Positions 48,551 to 60,399 of a stretch of DNA of 64,000 bases are shown in pieces. How positions within the stretch are numbered: the first letter of the stretch is position 1; each line of letters begins with the position of its first letter. Origin of the DNA: Eutreptiella sp. 'Long Island Sound 2002' (Eukaryota; Protista; Euglenida); contig OZ038378.1 of assembly GCA_964036045.1 (NCBI GenBank), forward strand, positions 65,906,001 through 65,970,000, in the 5' to 3' direction. Position numbers and translations under genes: made by a program. The notes below the pieces were generated by a model. It did not search any database. It was not told the origin of the DNA and was given only the letters and a program-made list of their open reading frames with translations.

Positions 48551-50299
48551 ACCCATTGCCCTACCTCAAGCTCCTCCGCCGCCGGAAGGCCCCCCTCGGC
48601 AAGTTCATCAACCTCCACCCCCCAGCCCCCCCAACGACGAAACTGGGGGGTCTTGCCCTCACCCTCACCCTCTAGTATGCGGGAGCCGCGCCGATGGTGG
48701 GCGAGGCTGACCGGCTCACAGAAGTTGGTCAAGGACAATCCGGAGGACGCCGAGTGCAAGAGGGAGCTAGCAAAGGCGGAGAAGAAGTGGGCAAAGGTTC
48801 CGGCACGGCACGGCGGCGGGGGGTGGAGCCCGAGGACATGCAGGGTGTCAAGGAGGAGGTGGATTTGAAGGAGGAGGAGCCTGAGGTGGAGGTGGAGGTG
48901 GAGGAGGAGGCAAAGGAGGAGTCATAGGGGGCACGGGGCGTGGTGGTGGCGGCGGAGGGGGTGCGCCGATGTAGGTTGAGTGAGTGGTTGGCGCGGGTGA
49001 TGGGGGGTGTTAGGGCGCCCAAGGGCCTGAGCGATTGGTCCTTCAACTAGGCCGCCTTGGATGCCCCCCCCCCCCCCCCTGGATGACTCCCCTGTTGATG
49101 GCCTCAAAGAGAGCTAGTCACACCCTCCGAATGGTGCCTCCATGAGGCCCATTGGAGGTTGGCAAAGCATTGTAAGTGGGGGTGGGAGGATGAGCAGAGC
49201 GGGAAGATGAGGGAGGATAGCGGAGTGGGCTTTAGGCCAGGGCGGTGGGTTTACACCCTGAGGGGGAATAGGAAGGACCCTCCCAAGGGTCCGTTCATGA
49301 TGTCGCTTGCGTCCCAATTCAATTTTTCGGCGTGCCTGATGCTGGGGAGGGCGGGGGCGATCAAGTGCTTGTTTTTTGCTCACATGTGGGCACTTTTGGG
49401 TTTGGGGAGGATTGTGGGGAGAGGCAAGACGGGGGGCACTCCAGCCCGGGACCCCAATAGGGCAGAATTTTGGGGGATGGGCTAGTATGACCTTGCGACC
49501 GCCAACTAGGGAGGCTATGGGGGAAAAGTGGAGGGCATACCCCGTAGGGTTGCGAGGGAATCATGTGCAGCAAAGCGCGCGGCAAATGGCAGGGGGCGAC
49601 AGGTTGACCTTGGTAGCGGAGATTTTGCGCCATCAGGATGACAAGCGGAGGAAGATGGGGAGCTTGAGGAGGAGCTGCGTACAACGGTGGGGGCTGTGGT
49701 GTCGGAGTTGACCAGAGGGCGACAATATGTTCCAAATATGTTCTAACGAATTTGTTCTAACAATGTTCTAAGGAAACCGAACGACCGCTTGGGCGTTTTT
49801 TGTTACAATGTCATTAGAAGATTTCCATTACAACATGATTAGAACGCTTTCCGTTGTCACAGGTCGACGATGTGTGGCTGAATGTTGTGCATCCGGCGGG
49901 TGCTCACTCGTGGACGTGGAGGACACGTGATAGCCCTGCCTTTGGGGTCGCTCCGCGGCATGCTCACACCGTGTTCACTTCTGGCTATACAGGTTTTTTG
50001 TGCGTTGGAAAGGTGGTGCAACGGCCAGAGCACGCTGATTTTGGGGGGGACTTGGCTCGAGTTGGAGGAAAAGGCAGAGGCAACCCAGAACCAAAGTCTT
50101 GCAAGAAACTTCTGTTTTGAGCCTTGCTCAGAGCTTTTGTGTTTTTAACGTAACCCCCTCGGTGCAGTGCAATGAGCGGTGATATGCAAGACAACAATGG
50201 TCAACTTAACCCACAACAAACCAAACACCGAACTCACCGATTTCCGAGCATGGGTTCTGGGCCCGTTGGAGATAATGCAACACCGGCCAAAGTAGCAGG

Positions 50300-51000
50300 A
50301 CATGGCGGTAGACTAGCAGCCGGAATGCGAGGAGCTTCTCGTGGAATAGGAAGTGGGAGACGATGACCTACAACTTTTTGCGGGCACAGCAGGAGTAGCG
50401 CATCTGGACAAGCCTGTACTCTTGACAGCCTTGAGAGGGTACGAGGTCCGAAAACGGCTCAAGGCAAATGTACCTAAGCAGACCTTTGAGACTGCCGACG
50501 GGACCATGGTACTAGACACTGCAAGACCTCAACCGGAGCCCCAACATTAAGGTACGTCATTAAGCAAGGTGAATGTGACAGAACTTGTACAGCTATTGGC
50601 GGCGGCGCATTGGAAAATGAAAGGCTCAAGTCCGCACGACTTCCCGAAAGGACGAATGCAGAATTCAAAAAACTTCTAGGGGAAAGCCTTCCATATGCAT
50701 GGGTGTCGCCGAAGAAATTCGCTTGCCTGGAACCCAACTGGTCTAGCCATGCTCTTGCCAAAAGCATATGGACGGTCGTCCATGAAGAGTTGCGAAACAA
50801 GCGCCAAGGGGGATCCTCCGCAATGCCAGTACCGCAGCCCGGAGGTCCAACGCCGGCCCCACGAATGGCGGCGCGTGCGACAGGCTTTCCAATCCGCTCA
50901 CCAGGAGGCCCCCAGATCATGGGCGGGCCACAGGCCAACCCGTAGTGCTTTCGTGTGCGGGGGGACGGGCCATTGGGCCCGCAATGGGGGGCGGATGCGG
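50300..51000 (+). pseudogene. E3 accessory gag-like coding remnant with CCHC knuckle
   Basis: ORFs 50353-50550 and 50610-50945, then (C)FVCGGTGHWARN at ~50946-50985. Confidence 0.45.
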
Positions 51001-51874
51001 AGTGGAGTGTGCGTGAGGGCTGGTGGTGGTGGAGTGGGATGATGGGTTAGGGGAGGTGGAGTGGTATGTGGAGGTGGAGGAGTGGGTCAAGAACGGGAAG
51101 GGGAAGAAGAAGAAGCGCAACACATGCAGATGCATATACGCATGCGGATGCATCGCCTTGCGCCTCAAGAGCAAGGAGGAGACGGAGCCCTACCGCTGTT
51201 TGGCAGGGTTGGGGAACGGGGAGAACGGGGACAACGGGGACGACAGGACGACGGGGTTGGGGATGGGGATGGGGATGGGGATGGGGATGGGGATGGGGAC
51301 AAAGGTGGGGATCGGGGAGAGCCCCGTGCGGGGGATAGTGAGCCCTGACCGACTCCAGACATAGAGTCAGACCGCAGTCCGCCAGCAGGCAAGGGCAGGG
51401 TCAAGGGCAGGGGTAGAGTCAAGTGGAAGCACAGGGACAAGGGCAGTGGCAGGAGCAAGGGAGTGGGGGTAGCAGCGGGGCGCCCCTTGAGCCCCGGAGC
51501 ACGCAGGATTTTGGCTGAACAAGTGGCAGCACTTGTGACCCCATTTTTGTAAAGCAAATTACCGAATGCTTTGTGCTGTGTACCTCCGCCAAAAGTGGTC
51601 TAACAATGTTCTAACAGCAGCGCTCCGAAGCGCTAGAACACAATTAGAGCAAAAATTTTTTTTACCAAAAAAGGGTAAAAAAATGGATTTTTTCGAAAAA
51701 GTCTTGCTCGGTCTCGTAGCAACTATTTTTGGCCCTAAACCCCCCCTCCCCAAAAAAAGGGGGAACAACCCTTGAGCCGCACACACGGACAACCGGAGTG
51801 TTCTAACGGTTCTAATTAGAACATTTAGAACAAATTTGTTAGACCACCATTGGGTTTCTAGCAGGTTCCTAGGG

Positions 51875-53025
51875 CGATCCAAGAACTCCTAGCATGGGGA
51901 AGTTGGCAGATTGTCCCAACAGCCCGACACTATATCGCAACCTTGGACGACAGCCCCGGGGAGCATACGAAATTGCCCACACTTGCAATCCTACTAGGAA
52001 CTCCGGACAGATGGCGGTTTACCGAAGGGACCAACAAGACAAGGCGATCACTTTGGCCTATGCTGGTGGTGGCGGGTTGGAGGCTAGACGGCTGGCGGTC
52101 CAATGGTTCGGCAGGAGAAGTATTCAATGCGGGAGTACCCGGGGAACTATCGGAGTTGCCGGAGGAAAGTTTGGAGCTGCAAGCATGCAAGCGCGCCTTG
52201 CGTGAACCTCAATCTCGTGACCAAGGATGCCCGGATGCTGCCCAGAAACCTACCCTGCAATTGCCCATCAAACAGCCATCCAAGACCTCGAGTTGCTACA
52301 TTCACAAGTCAAACTTGTCGGGGGACCGACTCAAAAAGTTGGCAGAGATGGCAAAACGTGCAATGTGACCCCACACCTCATGATCTCACGGCTGGACGTA
52401 CTTTTCGGCCTCATGATGTGAACTCCTAGCGATATTTGTGTGTGGGCGCTGGCATGTTTCGTAACTATAGATCTAAGTTTTGGAGACTTTGTGTGCGTGT
52501 GCCTCGGCAAGTTGATTTCCCGTTTCATTGGCTCTGGAAGCCATTGTTTTTGATTTTGCGAATTATCTACAACGTAATGAGAGCCTGCCACAACCTAATG
52601 AGAGCCCGCTAGGCCCTATTGATCACTTGACTACAATTTGTTGCAATGGTGTAAAACTTTTCACTACAGAAGACTTTATGGGACTGCGAATGGTTACTTC
52701 ACCTACCAGCCCAAAGCCCCGGCCCCCGTCTAGGGAGAGCTCGAGGAGCTGGAGAATGCGCCCCCGCCGGTATCTATTGGGTTGGCGTTTGAGGGTTGGG
52801 GGGTGGTGGGTAATGTAACCATCCCTCAGAATTTGTGGCAGAGGGTAGTGGCGGAGGAGTCTCTGCGCGATACATCCGGTTGAACTGCCATTGCGCCCTT
52901 TGTCCCCGGAACTAGAAGCTAGCTCAAGCCTTGGTTGAGCAGGGCCACATTGTGCCTATAGACTCGGCGGGTATGCAGGGGTGGGGTCTTTTGCCCAGTG
53001 CGCCGGTCTTTCTCATTCCAAAGTA
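51875..53025 (+). mobile_element. YR retroelement copy B, right part: YR C-terminus, then start of RT
   Basis: TIQELLAWGSWQIVPTARHYI (catalytic Tyr) directly after E3. LVEQGHIVPIDS...PSAPVFLIPK (RT domain 1-like) at 52922-53023. Confidence 0.65.
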
Positions 53026-53218
53026 GGCAACCACATGGATCCGGTTCGGCAGCCTAGTATGCTGAATAACCGAAGATGTTTGCTATTGCATTGAGATTGC
53101 TGGTTTTCTGGTGCTTATGTCTTTGCAAACTATAAATAACAAGAGACACACAAAAACGTGTCTGGAACCCTTGTCCCACCATTCCTATGGCCCCCATATG
53201 GCGGTGGGTGATAGGGTA

Positions 53219-53969
53219 CCGTGCAAATCCTAAAGATTTGCGAAAATATTTAATTCCCGGCACAAGGTGTTGTTGTCCGCAAAAAAAAAATAAAGCGCAA
53301 AAAATAAATTAATTTTTGGCGTCATGCCGTACGCAAAAATGGGTTCCCCCCAAAAAAGTCGCAAAAATAAAATATTTTTGCCCCTGCCCCCTTTTTGTAA
53401 GGATGCAAGAATTTCCAAGAATGGCATTTCTCTTTTGCAGCCATGTACCGTGCTGTGGTCTCTCTTGTTGTCTGATCCCGTAGAGTTTTCTGTGGCATTT
53501 TTTCAGCATTTGATGCACTATTATCTAGATGCACTGACAAGGCAGCATTTCACGTGCCCTGGGCACTATTATGGATGATTTTGGAACTGGTTTGTTGAAA
53601 AACTGGTAGACCTAAATCATGCTTGTTGGTGCTTATCTTTGCTATGGACTGCAATCCCAGAGTCCAACTGATCCACATTTGTATGCCTATGTATGAATGG
53701 ACTGCAATCCCAGAGCCCAAGGTACGCACGGTCTCTTGCAGTAGCAACAAAAATGAATCAACCCCAACCCCCAGAACGCAAAAAAAAATGCAAAAAATAT
53801 ATTAATTTTTGACGTCATGCCCTAGGCAAAAATGGGTTCCGCAAAAAAAATCGCAAAAATGAAATATCTTTTGCCCATTTTGGATGCTGTCGCAAAAATT
53901 TTGCTTATTATTAATTCAAAACACCCGACGCAAAAATTAGGATTCCGCGAATATTTAGGATTTGTACGG
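53219..53969. mobile_element. Tc1/mariner-type MITE with TA TSD
   Basis: 24-bp TIRs CCGT(G/A)CAAATCCTAAA(G/T)ATT(T/C)GCG, TA on both sides, internal duplicated cgcaaaaa blocks. Confidence 0.8.
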
Positions 53970-56324
53970 TAGGGCTAATTAGGCGGTTGTAGATGGGAAA
54001 TTGTCCCAAGCAGCAGCTCACCAACTGGAGCTCCTCCACATGCAGCACGTGCAGAGGGTGGCAGCGGCTTGCAGCCTGGCTACTTCGTCACCAAAACTGT
54101 TTGTGACCTTGAAATGGCCCAATTGTCCCCTTTCGAGGGCTTCATGCTTCACAGCACCAGGAAAACTTTTTTTGGGGTAATCAGGTGGGTCTACGAGGTC
54201 AACACATCACCACTAAAAGCGGCTCCTTTGGCTGCAATCAAGCTGTTGCTTCACGGCAGTTTAGGGAGGGGGGTGAGTTCATTCAGGGCCTGGCAAAGTC
54301 ATCCCCGTGCAACACTGTCTACCCAGTTTTTTTCCGCACTCCATCTATTTCCACAAGGTGTGAGCCCCCTGACCCTCAAACTAGCACAGTGTCACTGGAT
54401 GCCTTTGTCCTGCAACCGCTGTCAGTTACCGCCACAGACGATTAATCTCAGTGCTGTTGGCTGCTCTCCAACCGGCCCCAGAGGGAGTTCCTGCGTGACT
54501 CGCACAGAGTGCACATCTTTGGCTGCCAGTGATAGGTATGTCCAGACGTGCCAGTTGTGAAAATTTTGCGATTTTGGTTTCCACAATAGCACCTTTGTGG
54601 TGGTTGTTGTTGGCCACTTCACTGTGCGCACCGTGCAGCAGTCCTCATAGCACGAATTTCAACTTCTGTGTGAGACAAGGCCCATGTCTCCTCACCTCCA
54701 AACCATCCCACTGATGCTACGACCTTAACCTGCCCCGGCCACTCCCTCCGGAATTAAGGTAAATTTTCCGTGCACTCTCATAAACTGCTGAACACTGCAG
54801 GTTGGATCTTTGGCCCTTTCTGGCTTTGGTAGAGAACTGCCCCCTGTCTTCTCCTCTCCTCTTTGGCCCTTATTGCGTGATTGGGCACTGCATGGGCTGG
54901 ACACTGTGTTCATGATGATGCAGCAAATTCTGCGTCTGATCCTCATGACGCATGCATCCCTCATCACCCCCTTACAACTCGCTGCCAGCCCCCCCCCCCC
55001 TTTCGCAACATCCATAAACCCTCTGCACCTCTTTACACCTCTGACCATTCTCTACACCCTTCTTCACCATTCCCTGCGCTGATATGCAAGCACAACCCTC
55101 CGTAATGTTTCCATAAGCCACAATGGGGCTCCGCAATCCTTAACACCTCACAACTGGAAATGTCTCACCCATGTCACCCACCACTTTTTGAGCGGTTGTC
55201 AGGTGAGTGCCCACACAAACAATTAGCCCCAAAACTCAAAGGGGGGCCTCTGTGACCTTCTGTGCAGGCATTATGCACTGTTCACCTCAGGCGGTGGATG
55301 ACCCATCCTGAATGGCCCATATTGATTTGTCTCTTTCACTACTGCTACTTATTGCAGCTGAAGACCTGCAGCGTCTTAACCAAATCAGCTGTCATACGTG
55401 CTGGTCATCCGGACCAAATCGATTTTGTGCAGTGTGGCAGCCTGCTGTGCAGTCCCACTGGTGTCCATCAACATCTTCTGTACTTCTTTCAACCAAGTGC
55501 ATCCCAGAACGCCCTCTGTGTAATTTCTTCGTATTCTGATGACACTGGTACGTTTTCAGACCATCAGTTGAATGGTGTGCACAGGCCCGTAATCAGTACC
55601 CGCTGCTGGGCCACTACGCGCAGGTGCTGCATGTCCAACCCCTGCTGAGAGCGGAAAGGAAGGTGGTGGGCTCAGATTCAGTCACTCACTGTTCCCCACC
55701 GTAGGGGTGGGTGTGCCACGAACATGAGGTCACCGGCAACAAACATCTTCCGAAAATCATGCATCACCCAGCCCCCCAACACACCTACTGAACCATTATG
55801 AGAAACCCCACCCCCATCCCCACCCTCACAACATTACAGAGATCCTTGGGCTCGCCCCTGTTGTCATCTGAGGACCAATAGGCTGCCAGGCCCTGGTTGG
55901 GTTCAGGGCACCCATGGCCATGTGGCCATTCACTTCCACATCTGCATGCTTGAGCCTTTGATCCCTAACTGAGGCCCATGTCATTCAAGTTCCACCGCAA
56001 ACCCACACATTTGTGTGCTTTGCAATTTGGGCTTCTTCTTCTGACAGGAAGCGGCTCAGAACAGACGCAGTGTTGATTGACTGTTGTGCAGTGCATGTGA
56101 ATGTGATTTGACTTGGTGTTGTTGCTTGTGCTCTGTGTCAGGAATCGAGTCTACTCAGACTTGTGTCAGGGTGGTTCTGTTCAAAAATTACAAGCGTACA
56201 AGCAGTAGAGGGTGGTGGTGATACAAGGGCAACAGTTGATACAGAAGAGGTGCAATGGGACACTGTCATGCCACAGGTATCCACATTTGTGTATGCCTTC
56301 TAAGTGCTGAAGGTATCCTCAATT

Positions 56325-56600
56325 TGGACATAATATTTTTTTTTAGATGCGAAAATATTTTTTTCAGATGCGCTGAAAAATAATAGAACCTCTAAAAAAA
56401 TACAAAACATCTAAAATTTAATACAAAACATCTAAAGAAAAGGTCGAAAGTGACGAAAATTTTAGATGGCTCTCTAAAAAAACATCCGCTGCAAATCTAA
56501 AAAAAAATAAAACAACGTTTCAGGAACAGACTTTGGGATCTAAGAAAAAATACAACCTCTAAAAAAGATCCGCATCTAAAAACAAATAAAATAACGGATA
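56325..56600. repeat. AT-rich CATCTAAA/TTTAGATG motif array (MITE-like)
   Basis: Many copies of the motif in both orientations; termini not resolved. Confidence 0.5.
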
Positions 56601-57939
56601 ACGCTACCCCCACGTCCCTGCCCTGCCCTTAAAGGCAACATGCAATAGAAACCACTGATCCACACTGCTCGTTGCATCTAGGGACAACATGACGCCCAGC
56701 ATGACACCACTGCCAACAAGATTGCCTGATGCCAAATGCACTTTCCGAACGTGCTGTTGCAGTAGACTTTAGATTACATGAGGATGATGGATAATGCAAC
56801 CCACTTGATGGCATAGGAACCTGCCACTGTGCAACTGATGCACAAGACGCCTTCGTTGTGGACAAGGGCTGGAGTGCCATGGATTTTAGGACACGACCAA
56901 AAAAAAATTCAGAACAGCATCCCTCCCTGTGTGCACCCTGGTAGGCCTATGTTGACCCATCATCTGAAGAAATTTGGAAACAACAACACTTGAGCATGCA
57001 TTTATGGGCAAACTTGTGCACCGACTGAGTAGTGCTTGAATACCAACTCTCAGAGGCAAAACCACTCGTCTTTGTGCACCGAATAACAGTCTGAGCAAGG
57101 AATCTGGAACTTGGGACTGACTGGGCAGACTGCGAAACCCGCAGAAAATGCACGATATTTTGTGCTCGGATGCAGGGTTGTAAGGAGTTGACAACTATGG
57201 CTGTCAGGCACTGCAGCACAGCCACGTGGGTGGCACGTGGTACTTCAGAAGAAATGAGCAGAAAAAGCTTGGCTGGATCACCCTGTGTCTGGGTATTGTG
57301 CTGGGCAGCTGAGCATAGGGACGTTTTTGGGTTAGTAGCTTCGTGCTCAGACTCCAGATACAAAGGGGCCTCTGATGCACAATCCGAGCTCAAAATGCAA
57401 TGAAAAGCAGTCAAAAACACATCTGTAATAGAATGGGAACTGGCTTTCTTTTCTTTCTGCCACTTGATCGTGCACTCAGAGCTCTCCACTGCATGCACCT
57501 TACCCCAACCCTTGAATTTGTGCCCCTGGGCTCTGGCCAAGGTGCGTGAGTACCCTACTTCACAAAATTCAGGCATTATGTATGATCCGCCAGGGGCTCC
57601 TTGTCCGCAGGCTGATGATTGCATTTACCATGTCTGGGCAACAAACAACATTTGTATAGCGCCTCGTCTTGCTAATTTGGCGCTCCAGGGGGGGTCTAGA
57701 GGGGTGGGCGGGGGGTTGGTGGCAAGCCTCACAGGTCAGCGTCCCCTGTGGATAGGGAGCAATCAACCCAGAAAAAGAGTGGATGTGGTCGGAATGCGCA
57801 AAAAGGTAGAAATGGGTGAAACAAGGGTGTAAATCCAAGCTGAGGGGAGAGGTGGGGGTCAAAATCAAACTTGCTTCATCACCCATGCTGTCATGGGGTC
57901 CCTGCACACACCACGTCCCCCACAGGTGCCTAGGGAATC

Positions 57940-58360
57940 GCCTATATCACTTTTTTTACCACTGCTAAAATTTGCGGCATTTGCGCTAAAAAAAAGTACT
58001 ACGCGCAGAAAAAAATGTCGGAGTATGTTTTTTTAGCGCGGAAGTAAATTTTTTAGTGCAGAATATTTCTTTTATTGCGCAATATTTTTTTAGCTAAGAA
58101 AAAATGTTACCTCTAAAAAAATAATCCGCAGCTAGAAAAAAATACGGAACCCTCAATTTGTGATCGTGGGTATAAAACCACTCCCAAATGGGGGATAAAA
58201 CCACCCCCAACCGCTTTTTTGGTCACTTTTGACCCCTGGGGTGGTTTTATGCCACCTGGGGGTGGTTTTATCCCCCCTTTTGAAGGGGTAGGTTTATCCC
58301 CCCATTTGGTCATTAGGGGGTTTTATCACCCCTTTGGGGTGGTTTTATCCCCCTATTGGC
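57940..58360. repeat. Adjacent motif arrays (GCGC-A-tract; GGTGGTTTTATCCCC in inverted arrangement), MITE-like
   Basis: ataaaaccac repeated at 58170-58205 and gtggttttat repeated at 58240-58355. Confidence 0.55.
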
Positions 58361-59344
58361 CGGGTTGGGGGGGGGCTGGGGTTGGCCCATCTCAATGTGA
58401 ACCCGGAAACTCAGTCCCGGAAGACAGGTTGCCTCCCCCCCCTCCCCCCCGTGCCTAGGAACCGCCTTGTGCAAGAACCGCCCCCTGGTTCCGCGGTCGA
58501 ATTCTTGCACAACTTTTTTTACTAGTGGGAATTGGGTTTTCCATGCTTCTGGTGGATGTAGGACATCTAGTCATGTGTGCACGACATAATTTCATGTGTG
58601 TTGCTACGGGTCCCCCCATCAGGGGGGACCCTATGAGTCACTCACAGGCGCACATCCCCCTTAAACCCCTCCTCCTTGCTCTCGACCCCTTCCCCAAAGC
58701 AACCAGCCCCTGACAAGAAACAAACAAAATGTCAGTTGAACACAGGCGGCCACTGACAGCACGTCTTTGCAAATGTTATTTTTCATTTTTGGAGAACCAT
58801 CTTTTCTTCGTTAAACAGGTGCTGTTTGATGGCTGGGTCCTTGGGCAGGCAAATTTTACCTTCTTTTCCCCTGACTCCCTGACTGAGCGGGGGGGGGAGA
58901 GGACGCCCAGGCACTCAAGGGGTCCGAGAGAGTAGGGTGGGCTGTGGAAATAAAAACTTGTAATTTCCTCTTCTGCCCTCCTGCCTGGGCCACCGTCGCC
59001 TTCTGGCCCCTCGCCCTCGGGTTCCACACATTTCCGCACTTCAACGGTCCAGGGATGTTACACGGATGTTGCAGACATTAAATTTTTTTGTGATGTGTCT
59101 GTGTTACTGAAGGTCATCTGAACAAAGCCTGGCCCCAGCGGGCAGCATAGACAAGAATTTAGGATGGTGCATCATAGGAAGAAGGGTTTCACGTCTCAGC
59201 CAGTTGAAAAGTCGATCATCCCATGCACGTTGGAAGGCACACTACAGCCCAGTCAACTGAGATTCACTCCTTTGGTGTTCATTTGTCAACGCACCCCGTT
59301 TTGCAGCTTCCTTCACTTCCAGAGAATCACTAGGAAACCAGGAA

Positions 59345-59675
59345 CCCAAGAAATAACAGGAAGCAACCAGAACCCACTAGGAAATAATAGGAAGCATCCA
59401 AGACGCACCAAGTGATAACAAGAAGTAACCGGGACCAAGCAGGAAACAACAAGAAGCATCCAATCACCACCAAGAAATAACAAGAAGCATCCAGGACCAA
59501 GCAAGAAATAACAAGAAGCATCCAAGACGCACCAGAAAATAACCGGAAGCATCCGAGACCGACTTGGAAATAATAGGAAACATCCAAGACCCACTAGGAA
59601 ATAACAAGAAGCATCCAGGACCCACTAGGAAATAGTAGGAAGCATCCAGGACCCACCAGGAAATAAGAGGAAGTA
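59345..59675 (+). repeat. 31-bp minisatellite, ~10 copies
   Basis: Unit ~gaaataacaagaagcatccaggacccactag; gaaataa at 59360, 59391 and onward. Confidence 0.9.
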
Positions 59676-59770
59676 AACGACAAAAGGTGTTGTTTAAGGA
59701 TTTTGGAAGTTGGTCAAATACGTTGCACAGTGCGCGCACGCTGCGAGTACTGTTTCTACGGCCGGGTCGT

Positions 59771-60242
59771 TCAGTTGATCAAAACCTACCATTGATTTCC
59801 TCAGTTGATTCGTGGATGTTTGTGCACCCCCTGTTGCACCTTGCTTCATTTCCAAAGAATGTGTCCTGAGTCAGGGGTCAAGGATGAGGGATTCGGGGAT
59901 CACCGAGGTGCCTTCCGCTATCTTTGTTTGTGTCACTGAGCAGAACCCCCCCCCCCCCCATTTGCAGCAGTTGATGTGCTTACAATAGTGGACCACCCCA
60001 ACCAAGAAGGGCACATGTAGGATGAATGAACATTTGCCGATTTGCTGGACTAATAGCTGAAAGTGACTATGGTGCGGTACTCTTTGTGTGGCTGGGATAT
60101 TCAGTTGATCAGAACCTACCATTGATCTCCCCAGTTGATTTGTAGATGTCTGTGCACCCCTTTTTGCACCCTGCTTCATTTATAGAGAAGGTGTCCTAAG
60201 TCATGGATCAAGAATGCGGGAATTGTGGATCACCAGGGTGCC
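59771..60242 (+). repeat. Two ~140-bp direct repeats, 330 bp apart
   Basis: tcagttgatca.aacctaccattgat...ggatcacc..ggtgcc at 59771-59912 and 60101-60242. Confidence 0.85.
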
Positions 60243-60399
60243 AGCTAGGGTGCCCCCACATTTGCAGCACCATTTGCCCGCTTTCCTTGGTGCCTGGTGC
60301 ATGCGATGAGGAGGTACCATTTGGAGGGATGTTCTGAAACTGAAAGGTTTTGGTTCTTCCAGGCGCGTGGACAGCCGTCTGCACTTTCTGTTTCCCTAG

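Larger units (their letters stand above)
38298..51874 (+). mobile_element. E3: TIR DNA transposon of the E2 group (13.6 kb with nested inserts, ~5.6 kb without the Penelope-like element)
   Basis: 35-bp TIRs 38298-38332 and 51840-51874 (CC(T/C)T(G/A)GG(G/A)ACCTGCTAGAAACCCAATGGTGGTCTA). The flanks TG and CG form a 2-bp TSD. Internal GTTCTAAC arrays; transposase homologous to E2. Confidence 0.85.

Noticed and set aside
40560-48560. Target-site duplication for the Penelope-like element
   Set aside because: Flanks (poly-C tract versus acccattgcc) share only ttgccc at unequal distances, which is not a supportable TSD
48223-48675. Plus-strand ORFs within the pseudo-LTRs (also 40683-40922)
   Set aside because: Antisense to the element, no recognisable domain, and they diverge as soon as the repeat ends
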